Below are positions 1 to 11,647 of a stretch of DNA of 64,000 nucleotides, piece by piece. Origin of the DNA: Daphnia carinata (Eukaryota); the NCBI RefSeq assembly GCF_022539665.2, contig NC_081331.1, positions 12,772,001 to 12,836,000 of the forward strand. The letters run 5' to 3'. The notes below the pieces were generated by a model. It was not told where the DNA came from and did no database searches. It saw only the letters and a program-made list of their open reading frames with translations. Position 1 is the stretch's first letter. Every line of letters begins with the position of its first letter. Made by a program: the position numbers and the translations under genes.

Positions 1-395
1 TGAGCAAGTTTTTCTCCGATCTCTTGAGTATTGCATCCAGGGCCTGCCCCTCTATAAAATTAAAACTGTCATCAATAACATAAAATTAAACATAAATGCA
101 TAAAAACAAACCTCCATTGTATACTGTTTTTACTCTTCTTTTCTATTAGTCCTATTCCTTCTAGAACATTTGTGATATCATAAATACGCCGTTTCTGTCT
201 GACGGCCAAGGTATCCGCGGCCTAGGCAAACACAACCGTTACGTTATCCATACGTACGATAATTTATCGATCAGTGATGCTCACCACTTTCAGATCCAAC
301 ACCCCATCGCGAGCTTCTTGCAAAAGATTTACGAAACGTGTTGTCAACAAACCTAACGATTTTTCAAATCGGCTGGCCGCGTTTAAGTCCGCCAT
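1..395 (-). CDS. E2F4: E2F4/E2F5-like transcription factor, 5' exons (gene continues beyond window start)
   Basis: Spliced translation [73 protein letters not shown] is the E2F DNA-binding domain ([12 protein letters not shown]) with the very short N-terminus typical of E2F4/5. GT-AG introns. Confidence 0.92.
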
Positions 396-1513
396 GTTGA
401 AAACCCAAACGTATATTGAAAACGAAAACGACGCGCCACTGGTCCTACTGATCTTGAAATCCTCCAAACTGTCATCTAACGGCCGATTGGCAAACCTATC
501 ATGTGAAAAGCAGTTTTGTCTGCATCAAGGTACACAAAAAGATAGATGATGAAACGAATAGTGACTAGCCAATTGGACTTTTTATTCTGCATGCAGGTTT
601 GAATTTGAATAAATTTTTTGTTGGCTTTTCATTTTCAAGATCAGCCATAAAGGCATACATTGATTTAGAAAACTTGAAGTGGTAATATAGCAATTCTGCG
701 CCATCCAATATCTACGTAGGTACGTACCTATTTAAAGATATTTTAGTTGTGAATTCAACTTAAAACCTTGAAATTTCCTTTTTTGAAATTTACGATAATC
801 TTGTAGTTTCTAGTATTGCAACTTTATCCTTCGAAGCCTAATGCCACCTTTGTTCCGTGAGTTGAATGACGTCTCGCATTTTTTTATTTTAAAATTATCT
901 TACCAATGTTAGATCGATTTGTTTCTATTAGTTAATATTAGTTTCTGATTGCGGACAATGTGGAACAGGTAAATCAATTTAAAATTATCAATATTCTTAA
1001 TTCGACATCCACTAGATGTCTCCAATGCAATTTTGTTAAGCGTAACTCGACCTAGTTCCTCTTTTGTCATTCCCTTTATGGTGTCCTTCTCTTTTTATGC
1101 CATAGATATCTGTTGAACCTTTTTGCTCCTCATCCCCAACCCCTCTGCTTTTTCTAACCCCACTTCCTTATATGACAGGGTCTTTTATTGTAAAATTCTC
1201 ACAAAAGACACGGCTACACTTGGAGACCAGCGGAATGCGAAGAGCTGATGTTGTTAGGGCGGTGTTAGTTCCGGCCGCTCGGAATTGGAAGTGCCTCTAA
1301 CTTTCCTTACCCTTCCCTACCCCAACTATTTCACTATGTCGTGGTTCGTTCCTTCGATGCAGGGAGTTATCTAGTGAGCCAAGCGTGCAGACTACTCTCC
1401 GCAGTTCGTTACCAACTGCAGTCCCGCATAGGTGTGCATCTTGGCCACTCCTCGTTTGTTTTCCTTTTTCATGTTTTGAAATTGAAACGAATACAGAGCC
1501 ACAGAAATTTGAA

Positions 1514-4500
1514 ATGTCCATAGATTTTGATTTAATTCTGCCCGATGTGGGTGAGTACGGAAACTACCAAAAACTGATGGTGTGGTTTGTTTTTCTACCC
1601 GGCATGATACCCTGTGGGTTCCATGCGTACAATCAGCTGTTTATGGCAACTCAACCCAAATTTCGATGTCTCGTACCCGATCTCGATTTCACGGCACGCA
1701 ATCTCACGGATGATTTTATTCGCAACATAAGGTATTTCTAAAATATTCACTTTCGTTTTTGCATGTAAAGAAAATTGACCGCATTGTAAGATTTGAAACA
1801 AATCAATGTTAGTATTCCGTTCGTGATGAACAAAGACAGGAGATGGAACTTTAGCTCATGTTCGATGTACTCGCGGAATTACTCCGTCGCGGAAGACCTT
1901 ACTGTGCTACTTCAAGCTAGCGGAAATTTGTCATCATCGGATATTCCAACAGTGCCATGCCAAGTGGGTTGGAAGTTCCAGAACAATGATCAAGAGACAA
2001 CCACGGTAGTGAGTGAAGTAAGTTTTTAAGTTACGCTTGGCAAACATTGTTTTGTTTCGTTTCCCTCTCCCCATGTTCGTTTCGTTTCGGTTTGCTTGCT
2101 TTTTAACCCATGGAAAACCACCTAAGCCAGACAGGAAACTGGCCTTCCAATAACTGTCAATCACTGCCGCTTTGAATATGTCCGGTCTTGTTTCAAAAAG
2201 GGTAATTATATTCAAATGAATCCGAACGGTTTGTCTCTCCCCAACACTGCGTTTCCTCTTTTCATTTAGTCAAATGACAACTGATTTCCGTTTATCAATT
2301 AATTTTTCTTCAAAATCAATTGACTCTCAATAGTGGGAACTGGTGTGCGATAAAGATTTCTATCCGACGATGGCTCTAGTTCTTTTTGGCATTAGCGGGC
2401 TTATTGGTAACTGGATTTTCGGGTACATACAAGACAGGTAAGTGTTTAAAATTAAGCTTATTTTGCTATAAAATTGTCCATAATTTCAATCTTTCATTGA
2501 TGTATCAGCATGGGGAGACGGCCAGCATTTTTTATTTACCTGTTGATTGAAAGCATATTCGCTATCGCAACAGCATTTGCTCCCAATTTCGGCATTTGGT
2601 TAGCATGTAGGATTGGCGGTAATAACTTAACTATTCTAAATCTCAATCATCTACACACTATACACTTCTTTTTTTATATATTGTTTTTATAGTTGGGTTT
2701 ACCGTACCGGCTATCATGGGAACTCCTTTTGTCATGGGTACTATATAGAACCCTCTTTTTCGGAATTTTTTAAATTTTTATTAGGGTTTCTTTCATTCTT
2801 CCCTAATTGTATTGTGTGATTGTGTTTTGGTTTCGATAGCCATTGAACTGGTAGGCCCATCCTGGCGAACTCACGTCGCCTTGTTGGCCAACGTGGTTTA
2901 TTCATGCACACTGTGTCTGTTGGGTGTGGTGGTGTGGCTGGTTCGTGATTGGCGACAAATGTCATTGGCCACCTCTCTTCCATTTTTAGCCTTCTTCGTC
3001 TATTGGTGGTACTTTCTAAAGACATGAAAATCACGTTATCTACGAACCCGTGAAGTCTTTTCAACAAACGTTTCAAAATGATATAGGGTCTTACCGGAAT
3101 CTCCCAGATGGCTGTTGTCACAGAATCGATTAGCAGAAGCCGAAGTCGAAATCCGGAAGATGGCCCGCATCAACAAACGATCCCTGCCAGCTGGATATTT
3201 CAATCAGCTCAAAGTATTTGAACACCTTTCCCAATACATAACAGTTATCATTGCAAAGCTCTTACATTTAAAAAAATTATTAATAATTTATTTAAGAGCA
3301 ACGCTGAAGCGGCAGGCGAAAACGTGGATTCCAATCGTTCCCAACCGACTTATGGAGCGCTTGATTTAGTGAAGACACCCAATATGGCCCGAAAAACCGC
3401 AATCGTTACATTCATCTGGTATTTTCCTTTCGTCGATTGTTCTACTGTTAATTCGATTGGCGCAGATAATGAATCTTTGCTTAGGTTCACAGTTACTTCA
3501 GTATACGTTGGCCTTTCCTATTATGCGCCGGCATTAGGCGGCAATGAATATCTGAATTTCCTACTGGCAGGCGTGGCGGAACTGCCAACCTATTTCTTTC
3601 TTTGGCCAACAATGGATCGATGGGGTCGACGATGGACGCTCTGCTTCTCCATGATTTTGGGCGGGGTCGCTTGTCTAGCGACCCTATCCTTCCAAGATGG
3701 TAAGCCAGCAAATTCTAATCCGTCGATATAATATTAACTATACCTATTATCTAATCTTGTTGTTTATGTCATGTAGATTACATCGTTATGCTTGTGCTCT
3801 ACTGCGTCGGCAAATTCGGAATATCCTCCGCCTTTGTGGTAATGAAATTTTGCATGTCAAATGGAAGAGCGATAGTGCAGGAAATCATTCCATTTTTATA
3901 CCCAATTTTACATCTCGTTAGGTCCTTCCCTTAATGGCGTCTGAATTATATCCAACTGTTGTACGCGGTATCGGTATCAGCATTAGTGGCGTCGCAGGAA
4001 TGCTTGGCCCAATCTTCATTCCGCTCATCAATTATCTGGTCAGTTTTTTTAATGGCACCGTGTTCCAGAAAAATGAATAATAAACTCTTTTCCTCTTTTT
4101 TCGCCAAAGGGAACTGAAAGCTTGATGGTTTTGCCTCTGATGATCATGGGCGGTCTGATGGTGGCCGGTGGCCTGTGTGCGTTGACCTTACCTGAAACTC
4201 TGCACCAGCACTTGCCACAGACCCTAGAAGAGGGTGAACTATTCGGTTCGTAAAGCACTATCATTTGTTCTTGTCATTGTTCTGATTTTAAAGTTAAATT
4301 ATTCCCTTCTTCTAACACTAACCGAAAAAGGTAAAGACTTTGGATACAAACAATGGCTTACATGTTGTCCACCACGTCCGAATCGACGAGAGCATGGAAA
4401 AGACGTTGCTCAAAGGTAAATTCTGATTGATTCGAACGCTACCTAAGTTATGCCTGAGTTTAAGGAATCAGGTTGTACGGAAGGGGTTTGCATAGTAAGA

Positions 4501-4607
4501 AGACGAATTTCCTATTGACCGTGTGTTACAGGTTAGCGGAGAATTCTGATATGGCCAAGCCGCTTGTATCCCCAATGATGCCTTCATCAGTTACTTCAAG
4601 CATTTGA
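1514..4607 (+). CDS. SLC22-family organic cation transporter (Orct-like), multi-exon
   Basis: Motifs [57 protein letters not shown] across many short exons. Last exon ends ...SVTSSI-TGA at 4605-4607. Confidence 0.92.
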
Positions 4608-5420
4608 AGAAAAATTGGATCAAACGTTGAAGTGTATTCGGTGTTCACGCACGTTAGAAAGAAGTCTTCCAAAGACATCTGTGCATCTCATTTTATTGTT
4701 TTTAAGTATTGGAGAAATTATTGCTTTCAATGTTTGTCTCGTGATGTTTACATTTTATAGATTTTATTTTAGACCAATACATGCTGGTAAAACCACTGAA
4801 AGGCAAATGCCCTCACGTTCCTTTTGATTTGGTCTTGTTGCTGAATCAAAGATGACCATACGTTATTGGCACGTAACTGGTTTTATATGGAAAGCGTGAC
4901 AAGTCAGTTACCTTTGCATTGCGCAACTGCGTTTTCCACTATCCAACATCGTTTTGCTATTTCAATACGCGAGCTCATGGCAAGTAGGATATGTAAAAGT
5001 AGATTAGCTCCAAAAAAAACACATGATTTCGTAGTAAGAGCTCTGCGTCTTTCCGAGTTGTCATAGTAACATCCAGTTTTTAGATTTTAGTTTTTTTTTA
5101 TCACTGTTCCTTGTGCATAAAAATTGAAGCGTGTTCAGTTTTGACGTCGCTCACCTTGAGATAGGATATATTGTAAAGATGCTACGCCCACCTTTTTGGG
5201 CGTATGCATACCGGGTTTATTTTTTCATAGATGGTTTGACCTTCAGTTGACAATATCACGTCATTTTTCTACAGCAACCTTGAACATGCAGGTACTTTAA
5301 AGTCGTAATACGTTTAAAATGTATTTAGCAAATCGGAAAAAAATGCGTAATTATAACACGGCAACAGGGATAAAAATTCTGATTATTGCAGTTCCAGTAG
5401 GCATAATTTTCGAATCTCAT

Positions 5421-6223
5421 TTAACAAGCGGTCACTGTTCTTGTGAGCTTATCTTGAACCGACGCCATGGAAGCTTGCTCATCATCGCTGGCCTGATTTT
5501 CAAAATTTATGCAACAAAATGAGCCAAATGAAAAATCCCGCTAGCTGATTCATTTACAAAGTACTCACCTGAACAAAAGCGGATATTCCTGGAACAGCTT
5601 TCTTCATACCTTCTACGGAGGCGGCGTGAATAAACTTGGATCGCACTTTGACTTCATCAGGGCACCAAGACATCAAAACAAGTTTGTCTCTCTTCTTATC
5701 CTTTTCACCCAAAAAAATTAAAAAGCCACATAAGTTTTTTGTGTCACAATTTTACAAAGTAATTTAAATATTTACAGGAGATGATTTGCACTGAAATTCG
5801 GCATCAAGAACGCCATAACGGCATTCTTTTCCTGTTGGTTTGACAATCTTCAAATGTTTCAAATATTCATCGTAACTCGCAGTGCGGCTTCCTATTCAGA
5901 ACAGAAAACTCAACTAAGGCAAAACCTTATTTTATATCACAACTTAAAGCCATCATACCCGTCGATTCAACATCAATGAGCGTCTCGTTTTGAACGAAGA
6001 ATACACCGTAGCGAAAATCCTTGCCGGCCTTGATTTTGTCGATCACCGCCTTGGCGGCGTCAGTGACTCTGACTCCCGATTCCTGGATGCAATAATTGAA
6101 ATACACATCACCAACAGGAAAAAGTTATAAGGGGATAAGACTTACCAAAACTGCCGCGGACTGGACATCGTACACAGACACTAGCAGACAAATGGACAAA
6201 CAAATCAACGTAAGTCTTGTCAT
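5421..6223 (-). CDS. ADF/cofilin (twinstar-like) paralogue with N-terminal signal peptide, 5 coding exons, ~173 aa
   Basis: Exons 6223-6146, 6082-5959, 5891-5776, 5700-5569, 5492-5421 join in phase through GT-AG introns: MTRLTLICLSICLLVSVYDVQSAAVL|ESGVRVTDAAKAVIDKIKAGKDFRYGVFFVQNETLIDVESTG|SRTASYDEYLKHLKIVKPTGKECRYGVLDAEFQCKSSP|DKKRDKLVLMSWCPDEVKVRSKFIHAASVEGMKKAVPGISAFVQ|ASDDEQASMASVQDKLTRTVTAC*. SGV, ECRYG and LMSWCPD are ADF-H hallmarks. Confidence 0.9.
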
Positions 6224-7211
6224 CCTTGGAAGAGTGCTGAGTCCACAGCGTTGCTTTATCGTCTGGTACAGTTCGAACCCACAGCGAAGGTGCATTCGAA
6301 CGTTGTGGGTTTTTATACTTACAGGCCAGGTAGAGGAAGATGGCGGCAGGGCACTCGTGATAACGTAGTCGCCTTGTAAGGGGAAAAGAAAGAAAGCAAA
6401 AAATAAATTAGAAAAGCTGCACAGAAAAACCAATGCCCGGAGCAAACAACTTTCCTTCTTTCGAGAGTACAAGAGCTTTTAAAACAATGTACGATAGAAA
6501 AGAATGATAAATGTGGACATCTCACCCTGCGTGTATGAGTCGTGACTGGGTGGGACGTGCCAAAAATTGATAATGATATAAGGTACTTCTTGTTGCAATC
6601 CTACCAGCATACATGTAAAGCTTTTTTTTGTGAGCGACGTATGAACATACAGATTGGTTGTCAAGAGACCCAATCACCCCTGCTTGCCCTTGAGAAACAG
6701 CATGGAACACGTTCCAGGAAATCCTATTTTAACCTGCAGGGACAACAACCAATGCGCCAGTGGGGTTCTACGAAAAAAAAGTGCGTAAGCAAAAATGGAA
6801 AATCCCCACTCCTAAAATATACAAATGCTCCATTGGCCTTCAGGTAACTAATTTAGACATTAAACAACAAAAGATAAACAGTATGCATGTATCTATTATG
6901 TTTTGTTTTGAACGTTGTTTCGTGCTCTGTTTTCAACGATATTTAGAAACCTCGTTTTGTTATGCTAAGCACAAGGAATGCAGTCCCCGAGCAGGCATTG
7001 AAAAATAGGACGGAATATGTGCTAGACTTTTACCTTGTTTCTGGTAAGTAACAGACTTTCGTGATCTTGAACTTATTTTTAGCCATCGCTTAAACTGTTT
7101 GTTCGTCGTTTCTTTTCTAGCGACCATCCGCAGTCGTTTTGAATCACTAGTCGTCCAACTTTTCCCCTGGCAAGTAAGAATGAAAATATAGGATTTCACT
7201 TGCAGAATAAA

Positions 7212-9127
7212 ATGGCACAATTAAGCGTTATCCTGTGGATGATTGTGTTGGCGTTTATCTCTGCTGAAGTGTCTGCCTTCGCGAAGCTGATTGATAGACC
7301 TCTTGGTGAAAAGGTGGGAATTACGTTGAACAAAATATCTGAATCGTTGCTCGACAGCGAAGCAAAAACTAACACAAACGAGGTTTCGGAAACGAGAGCC
7401 ATTTCAGTGAACGATGAACTGGCCATAGTTTTACAACTCCTTGAACGTGTTCCTCTTATTGATGGGTACGCTGTACTTTTCGATTCATTCGGCAATTCGT
7501 GTTAATTTACCACTTTCCTTTTCATTTTTCACAGACACAATGATTTACCGCACGTTATTCGATTACTAACTGAAAGTCAGTTGGCTAGCTTTAATTTGAC
7601 AGATCTTTCGGATAAAAATCCGTGGAGTTCTGACCCCATGTCACATACGGACATTGTCCGTCTGCGTAAAGGGAAGGTTGGCGCTCAGGTATTGAACGAT
7701 GTCTCGCCATTTTTATATCGCAATAATTAATATTTTCGGCATAGTTCTGGGTGGCCTATACTAACTGCAATGCTCAGTACAATGACTCCCCTCAAAAGGC
7801 GTTCGAACAAATTGATCTCATCTATCGTTTAATCGACCTTTATTCAGATACGTTCCAACTCGCCACCACGGCGCAAGGTATGATTTAATCGACTGGAAAT
7901 TAAGCACGTAATGCACTTTTTTTTTCATTCAACGCAGAGATTGAGGACGTATTTGGTACTGGCAAAATCGCCAGCCTAATTGGTGTTGAAGGTGGTCATG
8001 CTATTGGCAATTCGCTCAGTCTTTTGCGCATCTTTTATCGACTCGGAGTGCGATATATGACCCTCACTCATTCTTGCCCTACGCCATGGTACTGGCGAAA
8101 GCCATTGGTTAAGAAATTCAACATAACAGTGAAACATTTAAAATTCAGTTTCTTTGATTATATAGGGCCGATAATTCCCAGCTAGACAATCCAGGTCAGC
8201 AACCTATTCACGACGGACTTAGTGGCTTTGGAGAAGTGAGTCCATATTTTAGATTACCCATCGACTACGTTTGAATCGTTGTTTATCTTTTTACGTTTTT
8301 CAGGCGATCGTGCAAGAAATGAATCGTTTGGGAATGATGGTGGACATTTCGCATGTGTCAGTTGCAACGATGGAAGATGTGTTGAACGTGTCACAAGCGC
8401 CCGTGATTTTTAGCCATTCGGGTGCCTTTTCTGTTTGCAATCATACTCGAAACGTTCCCGACCATGTCCTTCGTCGTCTAGTTGGTTTCAATGCTAATGC
8501 CTTTTGGTCTGATTAAAATCAAATAAAATTCTACATTTTTATCAGGCGAAAAACGGTGGCATAATCATGGTGGTTTTTTACAATGAATTCCTCTCGTGTG
8601 AGCAGTCGGCCAATATCAACGATGTCGTTCGCCACATAGAACACATTCGTAACCTCATCGGCGTGGATCATATTGGACTAGGAGGCGATTTTAACGGAGT
8701 TGACAGGTTTGATATTTACGGTTATCTAGAACATTTTGTTTTATGATTACACCAAAAGAAGTATTTTCATATAATGCCGCTAACGTATTTAAAGGGTTCC
8801 CACTGACCTGGAGGATGTATCAAAATATCCCAACATCTTCGTCGAATTATTACGCCTTGGGTGGAGTGAAACGGATGTAGAAAAACTGGCGGGTACGAAC
8901 ATGCTACGTGTTATGCGTCGTGTTGAACAGGTTTGGTATTTTTTCCTATTTCCTGTTTCTTGTGGCAAATGTATATTATTTTATTTTTATTTTATTTACG
9001 TTTTTTTTTGCCGTTTTACTCTGTCAAGGTTAAGCAAGAACTATCTTTCATGGAGCCCATTGAAGAATGGATACCGACAGAAGACCTCCGACCTGAGCAT
9101 AAATTATGTCTGACGAATTACATTTAG
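7212..9127 (+). CDS. Membrane dipeptidase (peptidase M19, dipeptidase-1-like), multi-exon
   Basis: Signal peptide, then [71 protein letters not shown]. Confidence 0.93.
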
Positions 9128-9444
9128 GCGAGGAAGCTTATCAGTTGAAAAATAAGTTTACTATTTATACTAGAGGTTTTGCCCTATGATTTATAACCGC
9201 TTTTGAGGATATAATGTTCCAAAAATGTATTATTGAGCGAGGTTCGAATTCCTGCATTCAATGTCAAGCTTACTATTTTAAAAAGAAACAATTTCCTCTT
9301 CTGAATTCTCGTTTAAATACAACTTCCGTACGAATGTATGTTTCAACGAAAATTCGTACGTCAGGTGGCGTTGATATCGCTTCTGTTGACATGCGTTCGT
9401 CGTGTGTACTAGGTTGTTAGTGTTCGCCTGCTCTTCTCTTGAAA

Positions 9445-10977
9445 ATGATTACGCCACGTTTCAAACTCAGCCAGGATGATACCTACCTTTTTGTCACGAT
9501 TCATGCTCCGTTCTCTCGAGTATCAGACGCAGAAATTTATATGGACGGTACTGATTTTCGCTTTCATTCAAACCCTTATTATGTCCGCCTCAACTTGCCT
9601 GGAGAAATAATCGAAAACGATGAAGCGAAAGCACACTTTGATGCTGACACTAATGAGTTCAAAATTACGTGCCCCAAAGTAACGAAGGGAAACTACTTCC
9701 AAGGATTAGATATGCTCTCTAGTCTTCTCAAACCCAAGGGAAAGAGAGGAGTTGAAAGCAAAGATATAGAAGTCCTTGGTGAAACCTGCACAGAAGATGA
9801 CTCGGAATCAGATTTTGATTGGTTTGTGGAACAAAAAATTGAAACAGAAACAGATCTAACTTCAAGTAGTTCAAGATATGGCTTTGGTGTCAAACACTCT
9901 GGGTTGTTTGCCACACTTGCTGAGGAACTACATGAAGTTGTAGATGTGAAAAATCCTGACAACCAATCAGCAGCAGAAAGGAGAACAGAAAGATTAGAAC
10001 AAGAAAAAATAGAATTTAACCCAGAACATTACTTGGCTGATTTCTTCCAGACAGATATGATTGATCCACTGATTCATTACCAATTGCCAAGTAGAGTTAG
10101 TGAAGAATGGACAGAAACAGAGACCAATCTCTTAAAAAATTTTCCCAATAAAGACTTCTTATTGGATCATGACCAGTTGCAATCAACATATCTTGGTTTG
10201 GTTGATATTTTACTAGCATACTCTTATGATACAAGAACTACTATGTCTGATCCAACCGTCGAATCAGCTTGGGCCATCGCCAAGATAAGTGGAACTCTAT
10301 CTTGGCTAGAGGTATAATCCGTTTTCTGCATTATTCTTCGAAAGTGATCCTTATGTGATCTTTACTAATTTTTTTTTTTTTTTTAGAATTTCACGTCGAT
10401 TCGTCAAGTTGTCGAATGTTTCTTGCGTAGAAGCCTTTGCTTTCCACTATTTCGCAATTTCAAATTGTCATTGAAAGCCATCGAAGATGCTCGCTGTATT
10501 CTTAAAGAAGGGCGGATGTCTGTTTTGAGATGCTTTCTACAAATCTATCAGTTATTCAATAAAAGTGATCCCCGGTACCTTCTTAACCAACTATACATTC
10601 ACGACTACTGCATCTGGATTCAGAAATCGAATGATGAAACACTGGTTTCCTTAAGTGAAAGTCTGAAATCGGTATTTATTCCACTTCTTAATGTAACATT
10701 CAAGCTAGCTAACAGGATTTTTTGTTAGATGGAATTAACCAAAGAAGATGTTGGTTTAAATCTCGTAGACTTGGAACGGGCTGCAATCAACCTTATGTGC
10801 AATAGTGATGACTCATCAGAAGAATCTGATCTTGAAGAACAAATGGCACAGTTATCACTGAAAAAGAAACCCGTGTCAAGCGCTCTCCCGACTGATTTAC
10901 AAGTGGCAGCAGAAGCTGCTCGAGTGATGTCGGAATCGGATTCAGATGATGTTTCTTCATCTGAAGAAAGTGACTAA
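9445..10977 (+). CDS. SHQ1: H/ACA snoRNP assembly factor SHQ1
   Basis: MITPRFKLSQDD CS domain, YGFG, FNPEHYLADF, LVDILLAYSYD, TVESAW, RRSLCFPLFRNF, DYCIWIQ and an acidic tail; 3 exons. Confidence 0.93.
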
Positions 10978-11647
10978 TTAAGCATCGTGCCTCCCCTCTT
11001 GGACATCCAATTGTTTATATATTGTGTGAATAAATAGTGGAACTCCACAAAAAATAATGCACGTTAAATTTTGCTACACCCTGCTCTTAAGCCATAGCTT
11101 CGTTTTTGTTCGTAGTAAATGCGTATACGGAACGTTGGGAAGAATATGTTATCGCCAGCGGCGTGGCAGAGGAATGGAAGCCGGAACTATAAGCCACTAA
11201 AATGCTTTCTTATTCGTGTCAATTCCGCCTTCTTCTAAAGCCTACTTAGTCGTCTACTGCCTGCAGATATTGATAGTAAATGTCATCTCTATTCTTATTT
11301 AAAAATTTTATTGGAAAAGCGTATACTGAACATAGGCATCGCAATGCTTATACCTCAAAGCTGCCGGTACAATTTATCAAGAAAACCAAAAGAATCAAAA
11401 CAAATTTTGCAACATTTTTGAACTTACTTTTTAAAGAATCGATTTATAGTAGAAAAATAGCATGAGGAGGGGAACACGTCGTCTGTTGACGGTTTTCAGA
11501 CCAGACCAGAGTGGTGTTCCGTCCCATACGGATCAAAAGAGCTTTATTGACGTTCTGTATAAAAAGCAGCTGTTCAAAAGAGTTCTGTGTTCATAGTGAT
11601 GTAGGAAAACTTATGTAATTGCGCGCTATTATTTTTAGAAACGAAAG

